From assembly GCA_023920165.1 (NCBI GenBank), contig CP089278.1, positions 3,100,001 to 3,164,000 on the forward strand: DNA of 64,000 bases. Reading direction: 5' to 3'. Below, in pieces: positions 24,982-35,233 of the stretch. Under the pieces are notes generated by a model. That model ran no database searches. It had not been told where the DNA came from and saw only the letters and a list, made by a program, of their open reading frames with translations. This stretch comes from Curvularia clavata. Lineage: Eukaryota. Made by a program: the position numbers and the translations under genes. Each line of letters begins with the position of its first letter. Positions within the stretch are counted from its first letter, which is position 1.

Positions 24982-26229
24982 CTAATCTTCTTCGTCCTCC
25001 ATATATTTCATGCTTCCCTCCGCTTCCAGGCGTTGGAGACAGTCAGCCAGCGCGGATCCACATGTATCCATCGCAAGCAGCTGTTCAGCTAGTCCCGCCG
25101 TACATATCGACCTTGCCCAAACTTCTTGCGCCGGGTCACTGCAGTGCGTACTCTCAAAGAGCAAGTTCAGATCATCTAGCACAATATCGACATCTTTGTC
25201 TTGCGCGGAAAGCAAGTGCCATCGATCCATGACCAGGCCCTGAACATGATCATCGTCCAACTGCGCAGCTAAACAATAAAGCTGCATGAGGGAGACGTCG
25301 TTGTATGTTTCTTGGTCCGTTGGTTGAGGAAGAGCGTTTGAGGACTTGCAAAGAGCATAACACTGAAGTATCTTCTCCAATGGCCCATGTAGCTGCACAT
25401 GTATTTTGTCTTCGCCATTGTCCAACAAACCGATAATACCGGAGTCTTCTCGCAAAAGTTCGCGTTTGATAGTGGCAGTTCCAAGCAGCGCTTCGCGTGT
25501 GTCAAAGATTTCGATGGTTACTGCACTGGGTTTTGCCAAAGCCGCGCGATCGATGTAATTACGAAGATCGGATGCGTTACGAAGGTCATCTGGTGGCGTC
25601 CATCCTGCAATACGTTCATGAGAAGTATCGTACTCTGAAATCCGCAGCATATCTCTGTCTTCTGTTATTCCAGCGCCGGTGCCTGCGTCCGATGCTGGGG
25701 TTACCTCGTTCCTTTTCGCATAGGTGATCTCGGTAGGATATGATGGATGTTTCGCTATCCATGCAGCGCGATGCTGGCGTGCCCGCTTTTCCATGGCCGC
25801 AGGAGTGACGGAGACACCATATTTCTCGTTGTACGCTTTAGCTACAATTGTCCAGGATGAAGGCCCATATGTAGTTGAGACTGTGCCGTATGGATCTGGC
25901 TTGTTGTTATCGCGCCTGAGAATGATGAAGCCAACTTGTTCGTCCAGATGTTGCTGCTTTGCGCGTTTCTCTGTGCCTGTCATAGCTCGGTGTGCGGGAC
26001 GTTGTTTGCTGGTAAGTGGATGTGGCTTGATGCCTTTCTGTTTATTGTTCTCAAATCTGAAGCCGCTGGGATGATGGCCATTTACGCCAGCGGTGGCACC
26101 GACTGCGTGAGAAACATGTCGCACAAAGGTGTTTTCCGAAGACTGTGTATGCTTCAATTTCTTTGTCGGTCGGGCTGAGACATCGTCAGACGTGCCTAAA
26201 GCACTGCGTTCGCGTTTCGTTGAAGCCAT
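24982..26229 (-). CDS. hypothetical nuclear protein (NLS, Myb/HTH-like segment, BTB-like C-terminus)
   Basis: 415-aa ORF; RPTKKLK NLS, WTIVAKAYNEKYG..AMEKRAR, LMQLYCLAAQLDDDHVQGLVMD. Confidence 0.65.
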   Translation of the reverse strand: MASTKRERSALGTSDDVSARPTKKLKHTQSSENTFVRHVSHAVGATAGVNGHHPSGFRFENNKQKGIKPHPLTSKQRPAHRAMTGTEKRAKQQHLDEQVGFIILRRDNNKPDPYGTVSTTYGPSSWTIVAKAYNEKYGVSVTPAAMEKRARQHRAAWIAKHPSYPTEITYAKRNEVTPASDAGTGAGITEDRDMLRISEYDTSHERIAGWTPPDDLRNASDLRNYIDRAALAKPSAVTIEIFDTREALLGTATIKRELLREDSGIIGLLDNGEDKIHVQLHGPLEKILQCYALCKSSNALPQPTDQETYNDVSLMQLYCLAAQLDDDHVQGLVMDRWHLLSAQDKDVDIVLDDLNLLFESTHCSDPAQEVWARSICTAGLAEQLLAMDTCGSALADCLQRLEAEGSMKYMEDEED

Positions 26230-26517
26230 GAGTGGCTCATATAAGAGGCGGAGATGGTAGATGTAATAATTTGATAAAGTTTGCGCGAAGAGCGAACAAA
26301 GATATTGGCTCTATGGATTAGTGCAGGGATGCTTCGTGAGTTTACTATGCGTTGCGTCTCCACATCGTGAAGGTTCTTGGCGGTGTGAATTCACAATTCA
26401 CTGCGCGACCTACGTCATACCACTTCACCTAGCCAAACGGACAATATGTAGTGCTTATTGTCTGGAAGCATCACAAGCGTAACAATCTGTAGCACTGAAA
26501 AAGTGAGCTGTAGCTGG

Positions 26518-27950
26518 CTATCCAGCTTCACCTGTTAACATGACCGTGCCAAAGATGTGCGGCGACTCGTTTCTCTTGTTCTTTCCTAGCCACTTGACAA
26601 TTGAATTCCAATCAGCATCCAAACTATCCTCGTCAAGGAAAAGCTCGTATGATTTCTCGTCGGACGCTTCCTCACTCTCTTTGAGAAGAATACTCGTCAT
26701 CGTTCGGTCCCATAACTTTTTGCGCTTCTCAGCTTGGATTCGAAAGTCCTCAAAGAAAACCTGCCCGGGCGCGTCTGGGCGCAACCATACACCAAAACGT
26801 TTCTCGCCCCATTCGATTGCTATGCGGAGCTTGTCGGAGGGTACGTCTGGCCGGGTTTCAGAGACTGCACTCGTGGAGGCAGCGGTTGCAACGGTGGCAC
26901 GGTACAGGTTAGGTTGCGAGGTTTCGTGTTGCGTTGGTTGTGAGCCAAGAAATGCGTTTGACGGCATGTTTTGCGGGTAGTGATGGCTTTCCATTGGCCC
27001 ACCAGAAGCTGACGGTGCAAAATTCATGGTTTCTGGTATTATCGGGATATGGTTGTTGTGCCGTGTTTGATACTGTGTTCGTAGCGAATCATTGTTTGTG
27101 TCGGCGGAACGATGGAACGATCCTAGAGGCGGCGATCGACCTGAAGGTTGCAGTCCTGAATTGTATCCCTGAAAGGGACTAGGCTCAGGATGCAGTGGTG
27201 GAACATCGGGAGCGGGATATTCTGAAGAAATTGGAGCGTTGATCAGCACAGTAAAATAGCAGTGTTCGCCAAACACTGTGCGTACGCACCTACACCAGTA
27301 TCGATGTGACTAAGGATGATATCATCATCGAGTGCTTCATCGGAAACTACGCAGAATTCGGTTCTATGTGTTCTGCCAGACTTTGGACGACGCCAGGTCA
27401 GTTCTACTAAGCAATGATATGGAACAGCAATGGTTGTTCTTGTGTCCGCATTCCCAGGTATATGGACTTCCCCCCCTTCTCTCGAGACTGTATTGGCATC
27501 GATCTCGTCCTCGGATAATAGGTTATGGCGGATGACGCTGTGGGTGGTTATTGGTGCGATTTTCATATGGACGGGTTGCTCCTTAACACCATCTTCGGTA
27601 TTTTTCAACAGATAGATGTACTGTTTATGGCCACTGCTACCTTTTGTCGAATCTGACCTTGGGGTCCTCGCAGGGCTAAGAGGATACGCTGATGGCGGGC
27701 GCTGTGTAGTTTCCCGTTGGTGAATATGGGAACCAGAATGATGCGACTCGTGCAGAGAGGGTGCCACAGAGGATCCGAATGATCCTCTTCCTGCTGGCTG
27801 ATGCGGCGACGCGCCCGGTTTCGGGATAAAGTAAAAGATTTTATCGCAAACTTCCTGATACTTGCAACACTCAGCGAGGATGTCCTGGACTTTCTCCTGG
27901 TCGTATTCGAACAGTTGCGCGACTATTGCGCGTGCCTTGCCGTACTCCAT
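26518..27950 (-). CDS. retropepsin-like pseudo-protease with P/S/Q-rich linker and putative PB1/ubiquitin-like C-terminal domain (about 454 aa)
   Basis: The two overlapping ORFs join in frame through intron 27222-27289 (GTGCGT..GCTGAT..CAG). VHMKIAPITTHSVIRHNLL, VELTW, TEFCVV and DDIILS follow the retropepsin pattern but lack DTG. Confidence 0.65.
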
Positions 27951-28544
27951 TCCCTGTGGTCAAGGCAGACTGGAGCCGCATGTGTGCCTGACGCTTACCG
28001 GTATCAGCGTTGCACAACCGAAGTCCGGATATGCTGTGAGGGGCAGCGCGAACCGAGGCGCATTCAATCAACATGGCTCATACTTGTCGCCTGAAGGGGT
28101 AAGAACAATGAGATGCGCGAGGCGCAATGCGCGCGAAACAGAGGCCGCTGGCGATGCAGAAGACGATGAGGCGCAGATGGGAAGGGCGGCCGTGATGAAA
28201 GTGGGGTCCATCGATTTCTCATACCAACATGGCGTTCGCAACCACGCCTTTCCCTGATGATTTGACCGGAAACGCCCATGTTCGCACCATCTCTGACAGG
28301 ACTGGCTGGCTCATACGCCACATGCAACCGGCAAGGCAGATACTACTAGCATATCACACCCCCCCGCTCGGCTGCTCAGGCCCTCAAGCGCTCAGTACCG
28401 ATCGCACCCCCGTCCATTCAGGCCTGGGCAGTTCAAGACTCTTGGGCATCCTGCCCGCATGTGCTTCTCGCCATCTCGGGCATGCATCCCACTATGTCTG
28501 CGACGTCTGCCTCCAGCCGCTGCTCCAACGACAAGAGAGCGACC

Positions 28545-29255
28545 ATGATGGCTACATCAGTGAGCCGAAACATTTCTAGCGGCAATGCCGTCCAGATTAA
28601 TGGTCCGGTAGCAGACAAAGTCTGTAATCTTCACTTGTAAGTTCTGATCCAACTTCAAAAACCAAGGCGTTGCTGATGTATCCAAGTCAAAACCTAATCG
28701 TCAGTTGCCAGTGCATCTCGGTCACCAAGTTAGTCACTTCGGCGAAAGCACCAGCAACTTCGAGTACTCCAATATTAGAGCCACCGACTTCCTTGAGTGT
28801 GAAACAGGTTCCATCTGTGGTGCAAGTCGTTGACCAACCGGTCACAGCCTTGCTGGTGAGTGCAACTTACCACAACATACCGTATAACAGGTACTCATGG
28901 TATGCAGGAGAGCGCCTCAAACAAAGCAGACTTTCGTCAAGAGAATCTGGTTTTCACTTCTCGGCTGCGTAAGATACGTCAAGTTGTTCGCGCCATATTT
29001 CGACCTGATCTACCCATCAGCTTCATTGACCGCCGGATAGTAAAACGACTTGAATTAGTGACGCATCACTACAACCGGAATGGAAAGGAGATCTCAATGA
29101 ATCAATCAAAAACACCATACATGACAGACTACGTTGACCTTCCTTGCTGCCCAAGCAAGGGTGGTAAATGCGTCATACATCGATTTTACGTCGTCAAAGA
29201 GTGCCCTTTCGACCTCGTATTCGGCGCCAATTCGATAGACCCCCACCATTCATAA
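28545..29255 (+). CDS. small protein with N-terminal amyloid-like motif and C-terminal retropepsin-like pseudo-protease (about 202 aa, 3 exons)
   Basis: Exons 28545-28636, 28687-28855 and 28908-29255 splice in frame (GTAAGT..AAG, GTGAGT..CAG). Starts MMATSVSRNISSGNAVQINGPV; later VRAIFRPDLPISFIDRRIVKRL, YVDL, HRFYVV, PFDLVFG. Confidence 0.75.
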
Positions 29256-29652
29256 TCCGCAGAAGACGATGACTCGACGCGGTTGGACTGCATGAATTCA
29301 AGACGAAAGGTATATCTTGACTCGCGTCAAGCCAGTCAGCCCTGGATTGCGTTTATCGGGATCTGCTGCTTCCCATTGGGTGCCGGCAACGATGCGAACG
29401 TGGGGTACTTGTGGTGTGCAGCTGCAGCTGCAGGGCGCTTCACGATGGCGAATCAGTGGTTGAAACCACCAATACTGCTGGTTTGTCACTGGACAACCAC
29501 CAGATGTAATGGCTGCATAATTAATACTGCGCCGAGCGTGGCTCTGCTTTGCTCGGCTGGTCATAAATACGCTATTGTATCAGCTCAACTGCCGGTGCAA
29601 CTTCGTTTCCATCTGTATCTTGATTCAAGCCAACTGTCGCACGATCTTCAAT

Positions 29653-30621
29653 ATGGTAAGTTGAATAAGCAGATTGGGAAAAATTTGAGCTTACGTGGTC
29701 CTAGGTTGACCCCATCAGCCTCGTCTCTGCAATCCAAGCTAGTACTCAACTCATGGAGCAAGCCTTTCGGATTCTAAAACGTCTTCGCACGGCGTATGAG
29801 CGACAGAAAGATGTTGTCGACGTGTTGAATCGACACGAAACTGAACTGTCTGGTGTCAAAACCATCATTGGTATAATCGAAGATGAGGATGGGTTGCGAA
29901 CTCCAAGCATCGCTATGGAATTGGGTCGGTTACAGGTTGTCCAAACAAAATTGGCTAAATTGCTTCATGATCTGGATCCACAGGGGAAGGGAAAAGTAAG
30001 CCAGTATACACGGCAATTGATACATGGCTCAGAAGATGAACGGAAACTGTGCGTGATCATGACTGAACTGGCGCATGTCAAGTCAACACTTCTCGTTTGC
30101 ATTCAAGTTGCCAATATTCGAGAGATGGGCAACAGGTTCGAGGCCAATGCAGAAGCCATCCAGCGCATCGACCAAATCCTTCGAGAAAACTGCGAGGGTC
30201 TACAAATTGCACGCTTACTAAAAGGCAGACGCCCGTCAAGTAAGTGTTCCATATTTCCAGATTTGCTAAAACGTTACTTACGAAATTAGATGACGGATAC
30301 GTGCCACTGACTCGGGCTGAGCTGAAGTCCCTTGAAAATGACGCAAGCAATAGCGAATGCAGCGAAGACGAGACTTTGGTTGACGAGTCTGAAGAGAAAC
30401 AGCCAAATGGTATCTTTAAAACTGAGCGTATTTTGTCAAACAACGAATCGCACGATGAGTCTGTTCAGATTAACGGTCCAGTGGAAAAGGACCTTTGGAA
30501 ACACATCAGCCGACTGGAGATAAAAGACAATCACTCTAAAGACAAGAGTCTCCAATTCAACTACGCCATGCCTCTCAATGTGGTCTTGGCCCTTCTTAAG
30601 AATAGGCGGGATGGATCATAA
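29653..30621 (+). CDS. HeLo-like/SesA-type helical effector with C-terminal two-repeat amyloid-like domain (about 289 aa, 3 exons)
   Basis: ATG, intron 29656-29704, VDPISLVSAIQASTQL amphipathic N-terminal helix and helical bundle, intron 30240-30289, acidic linker, repeats at 30436-30483 and 30523-30570. Confidence 0.8.
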
Positions 30622-30978
30622 GGGAACAAACCAGGAAATTGAGTCCATGTCAGGAACACGCTGTCAGGGTCGTGTGTAGGTAGCAATCTTGAGTCGCTGT
30701 TGTATGAGATCTTTTGTCGCTTTCAGTAGTATGATTGAATGAGATGATTCTATGTCCAAAATGCCGTTGCCACCACGTAGTGACACGAAGATGAGGACTG
30801 ATGTGGTGAATGTCAGAGTACACATGCGGTTGGAAGACAAAGGCTTGAGATCCACATCTGACTCAGGCGTCTTATCGATAACGACCACGTTGCACGCTTC
30901 AACCGCGTCCCGTATCCAGCCCTCGGATGCACCACCAATATGTGAAGCCACGCGCCCACATTACGCGTTGCGCAAAAC

Positions 30979-31701
30979 ATGTACCACCTTTTCAAGTCTA
31001 TATACCTCCATGCAACGAGCAAAGAAGGCACGATTCTTTTCTCCCAGACATGCCGAAACGCCGCCTAACTATGTCTAGAATACTCTGTTCTCCTCCTCGG
31101 CCTCGATAATGCCGGCAAAACAACTCTCCTCGAGCAAATAAAAGGCACATACACCTCTGCGAACGCGAACCTCAGGACAGTCCCAACAGTTGGACAAAAT
31201 GTCGCTACCATTGCGCTTCCGCCGCCAAACCCTCCGATCTATCTTAAGATATGGGATGTCGGAGGCCAACATAGCCTGCGCGGTCTTTGGCAATCCTACT
31301 ACAGCAGTTGCCACGCCATTGTATTCGTCATAGATAGCAGCGACGTCGGGAATGCGACGCTGGCGGATCTGAGCGCGAGCAATGCAGCGAACAACGAGGA
31401 TATAGGCAGGCTGGATGAGTGTAAGCTAGTACTCGAGAGTGTGCTGGCGAATGAAGAGGCTAGCGGTGTGCCCATTCTCATCTTGGCGAATAAGCAAGAC
31501 AGAGAAGATTGCGTCGAGGTTGTTAGGATCAAGGAGGGGTTTGTCAGGAGAGTGTTTGAGGGTGAGAAGGGCGGCAACATGAGAGATAGCAGAGTGTTGC
31601 CTTGTAGTGCGCTTACAGGCACCGGTGTGCAAGAGGCTGTCGAATGGTTGTGCAGCAGGATGGCTTTCAACAAAGAGGCACGGCCGCCGGTTATGCGGTA
31701 G
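30979..31701 (+). CDS. ARL3: ARF-like small GTPase Arl3/ARFRP1
   Basis: MYHLFKSIYLHATSKE, GC-AG intron 31028-31078, then EYSVLLLGLDNAGKTT, PTVGQN, WDVGGQ, LANKQD, CSAL. Confidence 0.93.
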
Positions 31702-32482
31702 TCTGCTAGTTTTCGGAGATTTGGTCACATCAACACTCAATATACCCTGTGATAGTGAGATCAGTCTTCTGCCTCGTGAGTATTCTTTTCATAAAAGTGA
31801 CTATTTGCATGTCAGGGCTGGTTTTACCCAGTGGTAATTGAGTTCTGCAAGGTCCTTCATAACCGAACGAGCTAAATCGAACCCCATGCTTCGCCTCCTT
31901 TGGCATGTGTTCTGTCTGAGAACTGTTGCAGCATTGCATCTTTACAGTGTATGTTTTTCCCCTCTTGATTTGTCCTAGGGTCCAGAATTGCTGCACCAAG
32001 CATCATATTCGCATGTATAATTGACAATGTAAATTCAAATTGTATTACCCGCCGCCCATCCATCACACAATCTTCAACACTTCCTCGCATTTGGTCTATT
32101 TCCAAGCCTCCTGTGGTTGTCTTTAGCGCTGTTGTGTATCACAGTACGGAGATGAAGTGGATTTAAGCTAGCGACGGCGAGTTGTTGGAGCCTTGACGAT
32201 CCTCGGCCTCGGACGCTGAAATATCCTTGCTCAAAGAACAAAACCCGCCCTCAAAAACGTGAGGCATTGTGAATTTCAGAGACTTTCAGAAGACTTACAA
32301 AAAGACCAATGTTCTTGGACAATTTTCGAATGTACATACAATTGAGGATATCGTTGTGTGCGACATATGCATGATACTCGAACCGTATCACATGACCCGC
32401 TTCACGCGTCTTGGCTGTGGAGACTAGGATCGTGCCTCTCTAAACACTTCTCCCACACTCTTCGCTTCTAGGATCACTAGCT

Positions 32483-33523
32483 ATGGATCGGCTCGGCGCC
32501 TGGGTGAAGCAGCATTTCCGTCCAAAATCAAGTCTCAGAAAACAACCTTCAAAAAAGCTGCCGTATCTCCCCTCGACACGTCGCCCCCTCACACCAACAT
32601 CGCTAGAAAACCCAGCATGCTCTTTCTTCGAACTCCCTGGCGATATTCGAAGCAAGATTCTCACCATGGCCTTTGGTGGACGTACCCTCCATATAGATAT
32701 TGTGCAACAAAATGAAGCCTGGCAATCGCGAGGTGCTGTCTGCAACCGGAACCTGCCAGGGCTGCTACCATCTATGCAGTACACCTGTATTAGCCCATTG
32801 AATGAGCAATGCCCGGAATGTTACAGTGAGGGAAAAGGAAGGGATTTAGAAAGTTATAACATGGGCATCATGGGGTTCTTGCTGTCTTGCAGGCAGGCGT
32901 ACACCGAAGGTATCGAGTTTTTATACTCTACCAACAGCATCAACATTCAGAGCGAGGCCTTGCTCCTTCAACTCCCACAACTTATTTTTCCCAATCGACT
33001 TGCATGCATCAAGGCCCTGGAAATAGTCATCAGGGTGCATCATATCCAGCAGGAAGAGAGTGGGTTATCGCTGAACATAGACCACCTGAAGCCTATCCTT
33101 GATCACATCGTCGCGCATTGCCATAGCCTTCATAGCATTTGCATCTCGTTCGTGACCCAGAGCTGGGGTAGTGGGAAACTCAACGGCCTAGCATTGCCCT
33201 TGGTCGATGACTTTTATCAAACCACACGGTTGCGCGACATGAGAGTGGAGCTACCCCCTGGAGCCTATGGGGCAGCGTTCAAATCTGAATCCCTAAATGA
33301 TCCCCCACGCGAGGCGCCACTCATCAGGCGGTTCCCTAGATCGATATGGAGATCTTTGGATGATGAGGTGCCTGTGGTACAGAGGAGATCCCTCGAGCGC
33401 TATCCATATCCACCATTGAGGTGGCCTGCACTTGGTGGCGAAGACAAGAACATAGAGAGCGCGGGGTATTGGGTTTCCATTGGGTTTGAAGAGACAATCC
33501 GATCGCCCATGGTGTGCTTTTAG
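32483..33523 (+). CDS. hypothetical protein with F-box-like/DUF7730-type N-terminal domain
   Basis: FFELPGDIRSKILTMAFGGRTLHI and FLLSCRQAYTEGIEFLYSTN are typical of this ascomycete family. Confidence 0.7.
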   Translation: MDRLGAWVKQHFRPKSSLRKQPSKKLPYLPSTRRPLTPTSLENPACSFFELPGDIRSKILTMAFGGRTLHIDIVQQNEAWQSRGAVCNRNLPGLLPSMQYTCISPLNEQCPECYSEGKGRDLESYNMGIMGFLLSCRQAYTEGIEFLYSTNSINIQSEALLLQLPQLIFPNRLACIKALEIVIRVHHIQQEESGLSLNIDHLKPILDHIVAHCHSLHSICISFVTQSWGSGKLNGLALPLVDDFYQTTRLRDMRVELPPGAYGAAFKSESLNDPPREAPLIRRFPRSIWRSLDDEVPVVQRRSLERYPYPPLRWPALGGEDKNIESAGYWVSIGFEETIRSPMVCF

Positions 33524-33665
33524 AGTCACATATAGCCCTAAAGTGCAAATGAATACAAGACAAAAAGGTACTAGCGATAGAGTTCACAGATCTAATCCAG
33601 GACTTGCAATGATTGAAATTGATTGATTGCACGTTGATTAATATACTAAACCTAGCCGGTTGGTT

Positions 33666-34712
33666 TCAATACCCCCGCCAGATAACCTCGTCGCAGTCAG
33701 GGTGCTTGAAATCGCCGTTGCTCATCTCGTACTCATACTCGAGGTCGGGCTGGAGCTCCCAGTACAGTGTTTCCGCGTCGCTTCCCATACGGCACGTATA
33801 CTCAGCGGCCTCATCGTCGATATAAATCTTGGGCACGCCGTTGGCAGCAGCGGCTTCGACTTGAAGTTGAACTGCACAGGAGCGTTCCATAAGGGTGTAG
33901 AGATATGCAGCCTCGTCAACGGTTTGTCCTACAGTCTGGCTAGTGTTAATACAGCAACTTCGTGAGTGTCAAAAACTAAAGGTGTGAACTTACCAGTAGG
34001 CCGTGATTGCGCAAAATCATACCCTTGCCCTTCGGTCCTAGTGCGGCGGCTAGTCTTTTGCCCTCCTCTTCACTGAAGACAATTCCGCCGAATTCTTTAT
34101 AAACGGCTTGCGCCTCGCCATAAAAGTAGCACACATCCTGGTTGATCATTTCCAAGGGCTTGGCGAAAGCGCTCCAGGCTTTGCCGGCTATGCCATGGCA
34201 ATGGCACGCGGCATTGACATCGGGCCGCGCCTTGTGTAGCGCTGAGTGAATAAGGAAGCCAGCACCATTGGCGGGCCTGCTCTGATTACCCCCTACGACC
34301 TTTCCATCGTAGTCGACAAGTACCATGTCCGAAGCCTTGAGCAAAGCAAAGTGCTTACCAAGTGGGTTCGTCCAGAAAGTGTGTGGGTGCTCAGGGTCGC
34401 GAACAGAGATGTGCCCGCTCATGCCCTCTGCCAGTCCATGCCTAGCAAAGACACGAAAGGCGCCTGCCACATGTTATTTAATGCGTCTGATTACATAGAA
34501 ACTAGGGACTTTTACTAACCCGCCATGTGAGAGAGCATCCATGCGCGCTGTTTGTCATACGAAGAGAAGAGAGGTACGCCGGGAAGACACACTCCTTGTG
34601 AGATAGCTTGGAGCGGCGTCAATTCTTTTGACTCGTTATCCTTTGAGCGTGGTACCAGTTGTTTAGACTGTGGCGCCGGTGTCGGCTCGGCTTGAATGGC
34701 TGAGGGGGCCAT
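33666..34712 (-). CDS. class II aldolase/adducin family protein, 3 exons
   Basis: GHISVRDPE, FWTNPLG, GFLIHSALHKARPDVNAACHCH, ILRNHGLL, TVDEAAYL. Confidence 0.92.
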
Positions 34713-35233
34713 GCTGAGGATAAATGAGGCAATAAAATCCGACTGATGGATGGGAAAATTGTCAAAAAGTCACAGTTGATAAAGAAAAGTGTACGCTAGA
34801 TCCGTCCAAGTACTACTGATACCGTGCAGATAAGCCCTACTTATTCACATGATGAAATCTTGGTCGTCGCTCAATGAGGCGTGTCCACGCGAAACAGTGG
34901 GTTCATATCGACCGGCCCGGTCCAGCTTGTGGCGGTATGCGGGGTACTTGCAACCGGACACCAATACCCAGTTGTGCCAGTTACGTCCGGTCTACAGCTG
35001 CGAACACTACGTTTTCCTCAAAGACTTCACCCGGTATGGCTCTCGGTAATGATGGTGTCAACGTGTGAGAAACTTAATTCGTTATTTACACACATGCTGT
35101 ACGTCTCACCACTTTAGAAGCAGGTTTTTTCTTCCGGTCGGCAAATCACCACATCGGTCCTGATGGCAATATGAACATCTGAATGATATTATTTAATAAT
35201 TACATACTGATACAAGTCACTCTCGATACAGCC

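Noticed and set aside
27954..27998. GT..AG intron upstream of ATG 27950 implying an extra coding exon
   Set aside because: The upstream frame meets a stop before any ATG; at most a 5'UTR intron
26518..29255. Retropepsin-like segments as LTR-retrotransposon debris
   Set aside because: They lie in intact spliced genes with no RT, integrase, gag or LTRs nearby
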